DNA of 64,000 bases from Leptolyngbyaceae cyanobacterium (GTDB lineage: Bacteria > Cyanobacteriota > Cyanobacteriia > Phormidesmidales > Phormidesmidaceae): contig CBDHHL010000032.1 of the NCBI GenBank assembly GCA_965263355.1, positions 3,520,001 through 3,584,000 on the forward strand, read 5' to 3'. Position 1 is the first letter of the stretch. Every line of letters starts with the position of its first letter. Under the pieces are notes generated by a model. The model was not told the origin of the DNA. It saw nothing but the letters and a program-made list of their open reading frames with translations, and ran no database searches. The position numbers were made by a program, and so were the translations under genes. Shown here in pieces: positions 52,460 through 63,270 of this stretch.

Positions 52460-54241
52460 TTAGCGACGACGGAACCAAGTAACGCCTGCCCCCACTAGGC
52501 CAACCAGGGGAAATATGAGTAGTGCTAAAACAATGACTAAAATCTGTTGAGATACGGTCATGGTAATGCGACGATTGGTAATTTCCTTAGGGCGAATCGA
52601 TAGAATCGCATCATCTAGATTGCTAAGCCAGGTGACACTGTTGAGAAACACATCCCCATTGAGCTGTTGATCAAAGAGTCCATCGATGGCAAATGTGGCG
52701 TTACCAATTACAATCAGCCGTGATTCTTTATCTGTGGATGAATCATCGTTGTCTGATGATTCGTCTGTAGATTGTTGTTTAGGTAGATCTTCATTCTCTT
52801 GTTCTTCGGTTAAGGTGTTATCTGTTTCGGCAGAGCTGGAGTCTGCTGCTTCTGAAATGTCCTCTGAATTCGGGGTTTCCTCATTCTCTTCACTTGGATC
52901 TGCCTCAGATAAATCGTCTTGTTGATCATCTGCTTCAGAAATCTCTTCAGTCTCTTCTGTTGCAACCTCAAGTGACTCATCAATGTCTCTGGTGAGAACG
53001 ACACCAATATTAAAGGGGCCTTCTGGCGCTTCTTGGGTGTCAACATTGAGTTCTCCTGTTTCGGAGAGAACCTCAGCATAACTTTGTGGATTGCTGAGAA
53101 GTAGGGGAGTGGCTTCTATGCCGTCTACTGGTTCTATGAGAATCGGACGGGCCAATGGGTAAAACGAACGGCCATTATTGAATTCTGCAGCAATGGGGTG
53201 GCTGCCATAGGTGGTGACTAGTGGGGCTGATGGTCCTAGCCCGACAATTTGGCCGGTATTAGAGGTGTCGACAATTAAGCGGTTATCTAAGGAGACTCCC
53301 CAATCGTCTAATAAGGACTCTAACTCTGGTTCGGTTTGTGGATCAACCATGAGTAAAATACTGCCTCCCTGATTGAGATAGGTTTTAAGAGCGCCTACCT
53401 CAGGCTCAAAGAAGGCTTGTTTGGGGCTGGCAATGATGACGGCATTGGCATCGTTAGGGATTGCCGCTATTTGAGCTAAATTGAGGGTTTCAACAGTAAA
53501 ACCATCGGCTTCTAAGGCTGCGGCTGCCTGGGTATAACTGGGGGAGGTGCTGCCATCAATGACAAATTCGTCATGGCCTTGAAGAAAGTAAACCATAGCT
53601 TTGCGATCGCGACCCACCTGAGCCAGCTTATTGGTTAGATCCTGTTCATTTAAGCCTTGTACCCCTAAGGGTTGAACAAATAACTTCTTTTCACCGATAG
53701 CCAGATGGACCTCACGGCCCTCACCACTGACATTAAACTCACGGGCGGTCGCTGGATCTTGAAATGGATTAACGTGCTCGTAGGTGAGGTTGTCGTTAAA
53801 TTTTTGATAGCTTTCTAACAGCTGCTTATCGTTAGGATTTAACGTCGAGTCAAAAACCACCACCTTAACTGGCTGCTTGAGCTTTTTGACCACTGATGTC
53901 GATTCGGGTGACAGGGTAAATAACCCCCCCTCAGTTAGATCGATGCGGGGGGCATATTGCAGTGCCAAAAAATTAACTACTGCTAGAATGAGCAGCATTG
54001 ATATCGTGGCCAATACAGCATTAGTTCCAGCCTGGGTTGAGCGACTCTGCCAAAAGCTGCGATAACTAAAGCCCCCCAGTAGTAGGCTGACTAGTATCAG
54101 TCCTAACCCGATCGCCAACAGCGTGATGGGAAGGATACTCCAGGCATTCAAAAAGCCAACGACCAGGCTAGCTGTGGTTAAGGCCAATCCAGGCCATATT
54201 AACCAACGGAGATAGTTGCGGAAGGTAGATAGCGCTTTCAT
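52460..54241 (-). CDS. GldG-family ABC auxiliary protein
   Basis: DLT....FTLS, YFLQGH.E and N.D.FLNSV.WL motifs, with a long acidic insert. Confidence 0.87.
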   Translation of the reverse strand: MKALSTFRNYLRWLIWPGLALTTASLVVGFLNAWSILPITLLAIGLGLILVSLLLGGFSYRSFWQSRSTQAGTNAVLATISMLLILAVVNFLALQYAPRIDLTEGGLFTLSPESTSVVKKLKQPVKVVVFDSTLNPNDKQLLESYQKFNDNLTYEHVNPFQDPATAREFNVSGEGREVHLAIGEKKLFVQPLGVQGLNEQDLTNKLAQVGRDRKAMVYFLQGHDEFVIDGSTSPSYTQAAAALEADGFTVETLNLAQIAAIPNDANAVIIASPKQAFFEPEVGALKTYLNQGGSILLMVDPQTEPELESLLDDWGVSLDNRLIVDTSNTGQIVGLGPSAPLVTTYGSHPIAAEFNNGRSFYPLARPILIEPVDGIEATPLLLSNPQSYAEVLSETGELNVDTQEAPEGPFNIGVVLTRDIDESLEVATEETEEISEADDQQDDLSEADPSEENEETPNSEDISEAADSSSAETDNTLTEEQENEDLPKQQSTDESSDNDDSSTDKESRLIVIGNATFAIDGLFDQQLNGDVFLNSVTWLSNLDDAILSIRPKEITNRRITMTVSQQILVIVLALLIFPLVGLVGAGVTWFRRR

Positions 54242-54255
54242 AGGGTAGGGGCAGA

Positions 54256-55065
54256 TTAGTTTCTCTGAAACCTGAATGCTTCAATTGATTGGGCCGTTAG
54301 AAATAACCCTAGAACGGCGTAGGAGATAAATAGAATTAAGCCGCCAATGTCAAACACGCCTTGGGTAAAGTCGTTGTAGTGCTTGAGTAGTGAGAGATGA
54401 CCAATGGCGTTACCAATAGGACCAGGCACACCGCTGGCAACACCCTCAATGACGAATAGGACTAATACTAAGGCAAAGGTCAAAATCGCTGCCAGGACAG
54501 TACTTTCGGTCAATGAGGAGATAAACATGCCAAGGGAAAGGACACCCGCTGCCATGAGAATTAAGCCACCGTGGCCCAAGAATAATAGTTGGAGAGCAAA
54601 GGGTGGGTCGGAGGAGCCGACAATTAAAGCCTCAAGGATGAGCAGCGGCAGCACCATGGTGCAAAAGAAGGTGACCACCCCTAGTAGTTTGCCTAGAGCC
54701 ACGGCCCAGTTAGTAATCGGTGAAGTTGCCAGTAGTTCTAAGGTGCCTTGTTTCCGCTCCTCGGTGTACAACCCCATGGATAGGGCCGGTAAGATAAACA
54801 TGGATAGAGAGCCTAAGAGTCCTAGATAAATCTGAGTGAATTCGTAGGGAATATCAACGGGGGCCGTTTGCAAGCCTGCCTGATCGGCAAAGGCTGACTG
54901 GGCTAGAATCCCTTGAGGACTGAAGACTAGAATAACTAAGAGAAAGCCGGCTAAAAGCCAGAAAATGGTGGCAATGCCATAGGCTAACGGGGAGGCAAAG
55001 TAGCTTTGCAATTCTCGACGGTAGATGGCAAGAACGTTGCTAATAACGGTAATGATGTTATTCAT
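54256..55065 (-). CDS. ABC-2 permease (GldF-like)
   Basis: RELQSYF.SP.AY and EERKQGTLELL.TSP motifs. ATG at 55065. Confidence 0.92.
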   Translation of the reverse strand: MNNIITVISNVLAIYRRELQSYFASPLAYGIATIFWLLAGFLLVILVFSPQGILAQSAFADQAGLQTAPVDIPYEFTQIYLGLLGSLSMFILPALSMGLYTEERKQGTLELLATSPITNWAVALGKLLGVVTFFCTMVLPLLILEALIVGSSDPPFALQLLFLGHGGLILMAAGVLSLGMFISSLTESTVLAAILTFALVLVLFVIEGVASGVPGPIGNAIGHLSLLKHYNDFTQGVFDIGGLILFISYAVLGLFLTAQSIEAFRFQRN

Positions 55066-56176
55066 CGCTATCCGATGGGCTATCTGTTGGTAGATTGTCG
55101 GTTGAACTTGTCTCTGTTGTAGAGGAGGATGACTCGTCGGTAGTGGCGTCAGTGGCGTCTGCTTTGTCTGAGGTGTCCTTGGCGTCAGCAGCAAGCTCAG
55201 TATCAACAGCAGGCTGGGTTGTTGTGTCTATGGCTGGTTCTTTAGTGGTTAGATTGATAAACACGTCCTCGAGACTGACGCGATTGCGGGAAAGTTCATA
55301 CAGACCCATATTGGCGTTGACGATGGCCGCTGCGATCGCACTACCCGGATCCTGCTCAGTGGCAGCCATTACCTGAAACCGATGGTGGTTTTCGGCCAGA
55401 CCTTCATTCGGTAGTGTCTTTACCGATTCCACCTGTTCTAGCTCATTGAGCATCGTTTGAGTTTGCTCGAGGTCGCCGGCCACCTCAATGGCATAGCCCA
55501 GTTGTCCAGCAAGGCGAGCGGTCAAATTTTCTGGAGTATCGGTGGCGACGATGCGGCCTTTATTAATAATGGTGATGCGATCGCAGGTCATGCTGACCTC
55601 AGGCAAAATATGCGTCGACAGAATGATCGTGTGTTGACCTGCCAGACTTTTAATCAGGTTGCGCACATCAATAATTTGCTTTGGGTCAAGGCCGACTGTG
55701 GGCTCGTCCAAGATAATCACTGGTGGGTCATGGACAATAGCTTGGGCAATGCCTACCCGCTGTCGAAATCCTTTCGAGAGTTTACGAATCAAGACATCTT
55801 TCTTTTCACTTAAATTGCAGCGTTCCATGGCCGAGGCGACTTGCCGATCACGCTCACCAATCGGTAGGCCTTTGATGCGGGCGACAAAATATAAAAACGC
55901 TGCCACCGTCATGTCTGGATATAACGGTGGGGTTTCAGGTAAGTAGCCAATATTTTGCCGTACCGCCATTGAATTGCTATGCACTTCATGATTGGCAATG
56001 CGAGCCGTTCCGCTGGTGGCGGGTAAATACCCGGCTAATATCCGCATGGTGGTGGTTTTGCCAGCTCCATTGGGACCCAAAAACCCTAAAATTTCTCCAG
56101 GCTCTACTTTGAAGGACACATCGCTAATCGCAACGGTCGAGCCGTAAGCTTTGCTAAGCTGCTCTACCTCAATCAT
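55058..56176 (-). CDS. ABC transporter ATP-binding protein (GldA-like)
   Basis: GPNGAGKT, LSKG, ILDEPT and STH motifs, acidic tail. Confidence 0.94.
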   Translation of the reverse strand: MIEVEQLSKAYGSTVAISDVSFKVEPGEILGFLGPNGAGKTTTMRILAGYLPATSGTARIANHEVHSNSMAVRQNIGYLPETPPLYPDMTVAAFLYFVARIKGLPIGERDRQVASAMERCNLSEKKDVLIRKLSKGFRQRVGIAQAIVHDPPVIILDEPTVGLDPKQIIDVRNLIKSLAGQHTIILSTHILPEVSMTCDRITIINKGRIVATDTPENLTARLAGQLGYAIEVAGDLEQTQTMLNELEQVESVKTLPNEGLAENHHRFQVMAATEQDPGSAIAAAIVNANMGLYELSRNRVSLEDVFINLTTKEPAIDTTTQPAVDTELAADAKDTSDKADATDATTDESSSSTTETSSTDNLPTDSPSDSDE

Positions 56177-56230
56177 GGTTTACCAATAGGTCCGATAGAT
56201 TAGACGCCAAATATCAAACAACGGTGATTA

Positions 56231-56755
56231 ATGCCGCTTGACCATTCTGCCACTGAATTTCATAACGGTTGCTGCGAAATTGTGCAACCCTATATGGAGA
56301 GAATGCATCAGCTCATCATGACTGGCAATAGCAATAATTTAGGCCCTGAGCACTCCCTTACATTTCTCTACTACTTTGGTACTACCACATTGATTACCAT
56401 CGTACTAGCGAGTATGGTGCTGCATCTCAGTCCCATGAGCGGTTTACCTAATCAACTAGGGTTAGTTATGGGACTGATGGGTGGTGCCGTTGGCACATAC
56501 TTTAACCGCTCCATTACCCTGAAGCAGTCGATCAAAGGACATAAGGTATTTCTCAACCAAATTAGCCAGCCCCTAGCAGAGTTGGGATATGCCCAGATTG
56601 AGGATGATCGTCTGCCTGCTGATGTTGTGGTTTTTTCCCGCAGCAATTTGCGGGGCTTGTTGTCTGGCAGAGTTTATATTCGTCTGGATGTTAAGACAGC
56701 CTATATTACCAGTCGGGCTGTCCATATTCGAGAATTAAAACGATTGCTGGAATAA
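56231..56755 (+). CDS. Hypothetical membrane protein
   Basis: Two hydrophobic helices. Start uncertain. Confidence 0.65.
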   Translation: MPLDHSATEFHNGCCEIVQPYMERMHQLIMTGNSNNLGPEHSLTFLYYFGTTTLITIVLASMVLHLSPMSGLPNQLGLVMGLMGGAVGTYFNRSITLKQSIKGHKVFLNQISQPLAELGYAQIEDDRLPADVVVFSRSNLRGLLSGRVYIRLDVKTAYITSRAVHIRELKRLLE

Positions 56756-56847
56756 TTACCGTAGCTATCTGATGGCTATAACTACTTGTTTGGGGTTCAG
56801 ACTGGATGTAGGGGCATTAATCCAATCTAAGTCCGCAGTCTAAATAT

Positions 56848-57117
56848 ATGGCTAAACCCAAGAAGCAAAAATTTCCTCATCTGCTAGGGTCCAAATGGAC
56901 AGCCCAGCAGTGCACCATGGGGTGGCGACATTTTCAAGTTACAAATCGTAAAAATGAAGGTAAACTTGTGTTTGCAGAATTAGTTGCATCCTGTGATCCA
57001 ACGGTTCGATTTTGGGTTAATGCAAATGTTCTAAAGAATCCGCAGTTGTGGCAAGCAGGCTGGCAAACGCTTGATCAAATAACTGATGCTCAAATTACAA
57101 TTGATGGCATATCTTAA
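56848..57117 (+). CDS. TIGR02450 family Trp-rich protein
   Basis: LLGSKWTA....GWRHF.V and W..GW motifs. Confidence 0.85.
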   Translation: MAKPKKQKFPHLLGSKWTAQQCTMGWRHFQVTNRKNEGKLVFAELVASCDPTVRFWVNANVLKNPQLWQAGWQTLDQITDAQITIDGIS

Positions 57118-57308
57118 CCATCACTCCTTGCAATTGGCGCTAATATATTTTTGAGTAATAATCTTTACAGAAAGTGCATCAGGTTTGTTTATCCTTCTTG
57201 AAGACAAATATAGGTGGCACTTGCTAAAGGTTCTGTTTAAGCTAGTAGTGGAATGTGTTTCTTGAGTTGTTTCACAAACCGCTAGGAAGTTTTGCTGAAG
57301 TGCAATTA

Positions 57309-57656
57309 ATGTACAGCTCTAATGCTCCCGAACCCGAGTTAATAAAGGCGATTTTACAGCCTCTGTTGAATGATTTTCAGCACTGGTTTGGTCGTTCTAT
57401 TGCTTTGTTGGAGTCTGAAACCATCGATTTTCTGGGTGAGCATGGACAGCAGGATTTACTCAATCGGGTGCGTCAAGCTCAACAGCTGGTGAGTGCATCC
57501 CAGTCGTTATCTCAGGCTACTGGCAATCAAGCAGGCGTGGATATGGCTGTTGTGATGTCCTGGCATCAGTTAGTTCATGAATGTTGGAACGTGGGTATCC
57601 GCTTTCGACAGCAGCAAGCCCAAGCAGCCCCAAACAAACTCAAAGAGGATAATTAG
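57309..57656 (+). CDS. DUF2605 family protein
   Basis: L.PLL.DFQ.WF.RS and WH.LV.ECW motifs. Confidence 0.82.
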   Translation: MYSSNAPEPELIKAILQPLLNDFQHWFGRSIALLESETIDFLGEHGQQDLLNRVRQAQQLVSASQSLSQATGNQAGVDMAVVMSWHQLVHECWNVGIRFRQQQAQAAPNKLKEDN

Positions 57657-57673
57657 CGCAACCGCTTCTCCCT

Positions 57674-57979
57674 ATGCTGCATTTACTCTATATCTTCGCT
57701 TTCACCATTCTGGCCGTATTGGCAATTGTCAATTTGGTACGCAATCTTATTAGCTTGGGTTTTGAATCCCGGCGTGGTAACGCTAGGCCAGTTAATTCCA
57801 TTGCAAATCAGGCTAGCCGAGTGCCACATCCTGAACTATTGGATAGTAACGGTAACGTTCTAGACGAGCCATTGCTGGTTATGCGTTCTATTTCTATAAA
57901 GGACGCTCGTGAGCAGTTAGACGCAATCTATGATTCATCTGGAGGTAGTAACTCTGCAGATGATAAGAAGGACGATTAG
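57674..57979 (+). CDS. DUF2973 family protein
   Basis: MLHLLYI.AFT, HPELLD..G and EPLLVMRS motifs. Confidence 0.85.
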   Translation: MLHLLYIFAFTILAVLAIVNLVRNLISLGFESRRGNARPVNSIANQASRVPHPELLDSNGNVLDEPLLVMRSISIKDAREQLDAIYDSSGGSNSADDKKDD

Positions 57980-58225
57980 TGTCATTATTTTGGACTAACC
58001 TAGCTGCTTTAAGCTACGTCCAGGTTGGACTCTTTAAACTCTTTGCCCAAAAACCCTAAGTCCTGGATTTGGACAAGATTTGACTAGGTTTTTGTGATTA
58101 AAGTGTAGTTCAGTGAAGTTTTGCTACGCTCTAGGTCTTTTAGGATGTTTGTTAGCACCCGCCCTAGTGCCTTTAAGATTTGCTGAGCTGTTAGACCCAC
58201 CGTTGAGGGTTTGGACTCGGCGTAT

Positions 58226-59980
58226 CTACTCTAGTAAATTTTTTGTAGCCATGTCGTTAAACAGGTTTGTAGCGTCTGTCTGAATAGCGTCGTATTCTTC
58301 TAGAACGGGGGCTACCTCTGCTGTTTCACGGTCGACGTAGTCGTAGAACTGCACAAATATACGTTCGACTTCTTCATAAATTAGGCTGAGTTTTTGGTTT
58401 AGACGGTCGGTGACATCGCTCTTAAACCGGTCCTTTTCGTTATCTAGGGCGCGCTCAAATTTGGTGATAATCTGCTTGCGCTGCCAGGCAATGCCAATGG
58501 CCAGGACAATAACACCGATGCCAGCAAAGGCAATGCCAATAGCATTCATGATCGCCTCGGCCACAGCAAACTCAACGATGTTAAGAATCGTGCCTGCTAC
58601 GGCAACAAAAGCCCCACCTACGATTTCGGCTGCCATACTTTCGGCCTCAGACCCTAAGGCGCGGGTCAATCCTTCATCAGTTAGCAACGTGCTAACTTTT
58701 GCCTTGACGCTTTCAATGACTTCTTGCCGACGTTCCAAAATTTTGATGGAAATGGCATTGCTTTGCAGATTATGGGTTTGGATGGCCTTGAGGTCATGGG
58801 TTAACCCTTCTAGTAGCTGTCGAATGCCATCCACAAAATGCTGGGCACCTTCGTTGGATAGTTCTTCCAAAGAAGTTTTGAGTTCTGCCTGACAACGGTC
58901 CTTAAACTCGTTGATCCAGGCTTGCAATGATGCCTCTCTATTAAAAATGCCGACGAAGGAGCGACGCATGACCGTCACGATGGAAAGGCTGTCGCGAAAT
59001 TCTAGTTTGATCCGACTGGAAATGGTTTCGTAGCGATCAGATAGACGGCTGACCAGGGTATTGATTTCGGTTTGCGATCGCACCCTCCCTCCGGCAATTT
59101 GTTGTCGAATCCGATCTGCTGTGGCCTGATCGTCCTGAAGTTGTATTTGCAAGGTACGGATATCATCGGTCAGCGCCTCGATCAGCTTCTGAGTAGTGGT
59201 ACTGACCGAACGCAGTTTAATTTTGTAGCTTTCCCCAGTTGAAACCATATCGCGAATGTATTGCCGTACTGGGGTAAAGCCACTGGTGGCAAAACTGCCC
59301 TCAAATTCCAGTTCCGCTGAGGTGGCGAATACCATTGGTGTGGGAATCTGTTTTTGAATAGCGTAATCCCTGACCTGTTGAAGGTTAGTCTGCAAATTTT
59401 CAGGTCGTAATAGATCTGCCTGTTGCAAAATGAAAACCACCTTTTTGCGCCACTTGACACTGACATAGTCCAAAAAATCCCAGGCGCTTTTTTGATAGGG
59501 ATTTTTCGCAAACAGAACAAAGAAAGTAAGATCGCTGTTAGGGATATATCGTTCTGTAATTATCTGATGTCCAGCGACCAAAGAATTGGTGCCTGGGGTG
59601 TCCACAATGGAAACATCCCTCAAAATTTCAATGGGACGACCAATCTTACGCAAGTGTGGTTCCACCTGCTGTAATGTTTCCTCATCGGCATAAACAATCT
59701 GTTGGATGGAATCGGTACAAGGGGCAATGTCAGTGGCACATACGTCAGCGTTGAGCAGCGCATTGACAAAGCTACTTTTACCTGATTTAACTTCACCAAC
59801 GACGACGAACAAAAAAGGTTCGTCAATGTTGCGGTGTAAACTCTCTGTTGTTTGGGCTAAATCGGGATTGTTAATGCTACTCGCCAATGCCTGCATCCGT
59901 TGGAGCAACTGCCCTAGAGCTGAGCGATAGGTTTGTAGCTGTGGATCGATAAGGCTTGCTGTGCTTGTTGCTTGATCCAT
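58226..59980 (-). CDS. Bacterial dynamin-like GTPase
   Basis: GEVKSGKSS, PCT, DTPGTN motifs, helical stalk, C-terminal hydrophobic hairpin. Confidence 0.85.
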   Translation of the reverse strand: MDQATSTASLIDPQLQTYRSALGQLLQRMQALASSINNPDLAQTTESLHRNIDEPFLFVVVGEVKSGKSSFVNALLNADVCATDIAPCTDSIQQIVYADEETLQQVEPHLRKIGRPIEILRDVSIVDTPGTNSLVAGHQIITERYIPNSDLTFFVLFAKNPYQKSAWDFLDYVSVKWRKKVVFILQQADLLRPENLQTNLQQVRDYAIQKQIPTPMVFATSAELEFEGSFATSGFTPVRQYIRDMVSTGESYKIKLRSVSTTTQKLIEALTDDIRTLQIQLQDDQATADRIRQQIAGGRVRSQTEINTLVSRLSDRYETISSRIKLEFRDSLSIVTVMRRSFVGIFNREASLQAWINEFKDRCQAELKTSLEELSNEGAQHFVDGIRQLLEGLTHDLKAIQTHNLQSNAISIKILERRQEVIESVKAKVSTLLTDEGLTRALGSEAESMAAEIVGGAFVAVAGTILNIVEFAVAEAIMNAIGIAFAGIGVIVLAIGIAWQRKQIITKFERALDNEKDRFKSDVTDRLNQKLSLIYEEVERIFVQFYDYVDRETAEVAPVLEEYDAIQTDATNLFNDMATKNLLE

Positions 59981-60242
59981 ATCCCACTTTCATGTGCAGC
60001 TATTTCAGTTTACAGAGATTGGTTCAGGGCGAAGGAATTGGGGGAGTAACTTCAGAAGTTTGGCTTAAATGGACCGCGTCTGCATCTAGCAGGCGCAGTG
60101 GGCAACAAGCATGGAAGCTAGCTTACTATTACTGCCCAGCGTAATGAACTGACTCCTAATCTGAGAATTTGCTTGTCATCAGCTCAGCTGAATTTCAGCC
60201 AAAACCTATTTAATTGGGGCTGACATTGTCCTGTAGCATCCC

Positions 60243-62288
60243 ATGAATTTAGAGAATACGTTAGTTATTATTCCAGCGCTGAATGAAGCAGCCACGATTG
60301 GCAATGTCGTGAAAACGTTGCAGCATGAAGGCTTAACCCATATTCGGGTAGTGGATAACGGCAGTCAGGATGGAACGGCGGCTGTGGCCGCAGAGGCGGG
60401 GGCTGACGTGATTCAGGAGGCGATTAAAGGGTATGGACAAGCCTGTTGGCGAGGGTTGCAGTCGGTTCCTGCTGGCATTGAATGGATTTTGTTTTGTGAT
60501 GCGGATGGCAGTGATGATTTGAGCCAACTGCCGCAGTTTTTTGCGCAACGGCAGGACCACGATCTGATTTTAGGGAATCGTCGGGGTACGGCAACGGGAC
60601 GGCAGCAGCTGAGCCCGGTTCAAAACTTTGGCAATTGGTTGTCAGGGACACTGATTGACTGGGGCTGGGGCCATCGTTTTCACGATTTGGGACCGCTGCG
60701 TTTGGTGCGAAAGTCCGCGCTGGATCAGATTGGGATGTGCGATCGCAACTTTGGTTGGACGGTGGAAATGCAAGTCCGAGCGATTGAGTGTGGGTTAAGC
60801 ATTTGCGAGTTGCCAGTGAACTACTTGCCCCGTCAGGGCGGTCAGTCCAAAATTTCGGGCACTGTTGCCGGTAGTGTCCAGGCTGGAAGCATTATTTTAT
60901 CTACCCTAGCCGTTTTGTATTGGCAAAATCTATGGCGAGGTCGTGTAGTAGATTCCAGCACTGAGAAAAACCAGTCGATTCTGCTTTTTCTCAGCGCTTT
61001 TTTGCTGTTAGTCGGTACAGTCTACATCCTGCCCTACGGCAACTTTAAAGAACAGTTTGCCGTTATCCACTTTTGGCTTGGCAGTGCCATCATGGTCGTC
61101 GGATTTATTCTGGCTTGGGCATTGTGCCGTGTTCCTGGTGTTTGGTTTTGGGGAGTGGCCATTGCCACTCGTCTGCTGCTACTTACCATGTATCCTGGCG
61201 ATGATATCTGGCGCTATATCTGGGAAGGGTATATTCAACTCCAGGGTTTTAGCCCCTATGATTTTGCCCCCCTGGCCGATGTGCTTAAACCACTGCGTCC
61301 GGAATGGTGGGGTGAAATTAACCATCCCTACGCCTCAGCTATTTATCCCCCGGTTACCCAGTTTGGATTTCGCGCCCTAGCAAGTATCGGCCTATGGGTG
61401 CCCTTATTCAAAGCCGCATTTACCGCTGCTGATTTAGCCATATGTTGGCTGCTCAGCCGTCGATTTGGACATCGAGCTACGCTGCTCTATGCTTGGAATC
61501 CAATGGTGCTCTACAGCTTTGCCGGTGGTGGTCATTATGACAGTTGGTTTGTGCTGCCCCTAGTAATGGCCTGGTTGTGGTTTGATCGTCCCAGTACCAA
61601 AGCTACCTCCGATGCTCTCCCCTCCTTAACCTACCTGGGTAGCGCCCTGTTGGTAGGCATTAGCATTGCCGTTAAGTGGATTTCGTTACCAGTCCTGACG
61701 TTTCTGGTATGGCATGCACTGCGACGAGGCCGTATCAGCATTGCTGTATTGAGCGGTATCACTGGTGTATTACCGATGGTGCTGTCAGCAGTTCCATTTT
61801 GTAGCGTTACATCGTGCCCTCTGGTCCAGGTTAACTCGTCCTTTGTTGTTACCGGACGCTCTGCAGAACTAATTCCCTACATTGTTGGACAACTTTGGGA
61901 TCCATCCCGCTCAGCCAACTGGCTCTATGCCTTTCCATTGGCGCTAGTAGTTGTGTGGCTGCTGCTGCGGGCACACAATTTTCACAAATTCACCGAGTGG
62001 TATCTGATCGGTCTGATGGTGATTTCACCCATCATCCACTTCTGGTACCTCAGTTGGCTGATGCCTTTTCTAGTTGTGAGCCGTAACCTGGGCAGTCGAC
62101 TGATTGGCTTGTCAGCCTATGTGTACTTTATGCTACTTCACATGGCCGCTGCAGGGAACTACAGCTGGTTTTTGCCAGAAATTCTGCGCCACGTATTATG
62201 GTGGCCCTTTGTCTTGGGGATAGCGTGGAGTAGTGCCAAGGTAATGTGGCCAAAGCTAACAATGACACCAAAATTGAATAGAACTTAA
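60243..62288 (+). CDS. Fusion of DPM1-like GT2 and multi-TM GT-C (GT87-like) glycosyltransferase
   Basis: IPALNE, DNGS.D, DADGSD and WTVEMQ motifs, then DDIWRY.WEG, IYPP and YAWNP...GHYD motifs with many TM helices. Confidence 0.85.
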   Translation: MNLENTLVIIPALNEAATIGNVVKTLQHEGLTHIRVVDNGSQDGTAAVAAEAGADVIQEAIKGYGQACWRGLQSVPAGIEWILFCDADGSDDLSQLPQFFAQRQDHDLILGNRRGTATGRQQLSPVQNFGNWLSGTLIDWGWGHRFHDLGPLRLVRKSALDQIGMCDRNFGWTVEMQVRAIECGLSICELPVNYLPRQGGQSKISGTVAGSVQAGSIILSTLAVLYWQNLWRGRVVDSSTEKNQSILLFLSAFLLLVGTVYILPYGNFKEQFAVIHFWLGSAIMVVGFILAWALCRVPGVWFWGVAIATRLLLLTMYPGDDIWRYIWEGYIQLQGFSPYDFAPLADVLKPLRPEWWGEINHPYASAIYPPVTQFGFRALASIGLWVPLFKAAFTAADLAICWLLSRRFGHRATLLYAWNPMVLYSFAGGGHYDSWFVLPLVMAWLWFDRPSTKATSDALPSLTYLGSALLVGISIAVKWISLPVLTFLVWHALRRGRISIAVLSGITGVLPMVLSAVPFCSVTSCPLVQVNSSFVVTGRSAELIPYIVGQLWDPSRSANWLYAFPLALVVVWLLLRAHNFHKFTEWYLIGLMVISPIIHFWYLSWLMPFLVVSRNLGSRLIGLSAYVYFMLLHMAAAGNYSWFLPEILRHVLWWPFVLGIAWSSAKVMWPKLTMTPKLNRT

Positions 62289-62378
62289 GGTGCTTCTCAG
62301 GGTTTGTTCAGTTGGCAATGAGAGATTGCAGATGGCAACTGAATTTTAATTGCACTGACTCCTCATTCAAGAATAGTT

Positions 62379-63224
62379 ATGAAACGTAAGTATTTATCTG
62401 CCTTCTTTTTAGCTTGCTCTATTGGTTTAGTGGGTTGTTCCACTAGTACGGTGACGACAGCATCTGCTCCATCCTCAGAACAGGTAGCAATCATATCTGC
62501 CGAAGGTATCGATTACACAATTTACGATGAGCTTTTAAGCACCTACGTCGATGACGAGGGTTGGGTTAACTATGCTGATTTGCAGCAGTCTCGGCAGGCA
62601 TTAGATACTTTCAACAATGCGTTGGCAAGTGTTGATGATGCGACGTTAACTAGCTGGAGTGAAGAGGAACAAATTGCGTTTTGGATGAATGCTTATAACT
62701 CTCTAACTCTGAAGTCAATTATTGATCAAACACCTCTCAAATCAAGTATCAAAGACATTACAGGGGTGTGGCGTTTGCGTAAGCACCCAATTAACCAGAA
62801 AGAAAAGACTCTGAACGAAATTGAGCATGATGTTCTGCGTGTAGACTTTGATGAGCCGCGCCTGCATGCAGCGATCGTTTGCGCCGCCATTAGCTGTCCT
62901 CCATTGCGGAATAAGGCATTCACTGGCGAAAATCTAGATGAGCAGCTGGATGATCAGGTAAAGCAATGGCTGGCCAGACCCGATGGCTTGAAAATTGATA
63001 AAGAGTCTGGCGAGGTAAAGGTATCCAAAATTTTTGACTGGTTTACTGGCGACTGGGTGCCTAGCTATGGTGTGGACAGTGGCTTTACGGGTAGCAAAGA
63101 AGAGCGAGCTGTCCTGAACTTTATCAGTAAGTACGTTAGTGACGAGGATCGGGCTTATCTAGAAGCTGGCGACTATAAGCTGAGTTATTTCGATTACGAC
63201 TGGTCTCTAAATAAACAGCAGTAG
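62379..63224 (+). CDS. DUF547 lipoprotein
   Basis: Lipobox LVGC, AFW.NAYN, L..IEH, EPRLHAA..CAA.SCP.L and YDWSLN motifs. Confidence 0.9.
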   Translation: MKRKYLSAFFLACSIGLVGCSTSTVTTASAPSSEQVAIISAEGIDYTIYDELLSTYVDDEGWVNYADLQQSRQALDTFNNALASVDDATLTSWSEEEQIAFWMNAYNSLTLKSIIDQTPLKSSIKDITGVWRLRKHPINQKEKTLNEIEHDVLRVDFDEPRLHAAIVCAAISCPPLRNKAFTGENLDEQLDDQVKQWLARPDGLKIDKESGEVKVSKIFDWFTGDWVPSYGVDSGFTGSKEERAVLNFISKYVSDEDRAYLEAGDYKLSYFDYDWSLNKQQ

Positions 63225-63270
63225 TAAAAAACAGCAATAATAAAGTAAATATAAAAACGAGGGTTACATC

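Noticed and set aside
52730..52990. Acidic low-complexity inserts in the GldG-like and neighbouring ABC proteins
   Set aside because: Disordered acidic linkers are common in these cyanobacterial proteins and show no clear repeat unit.
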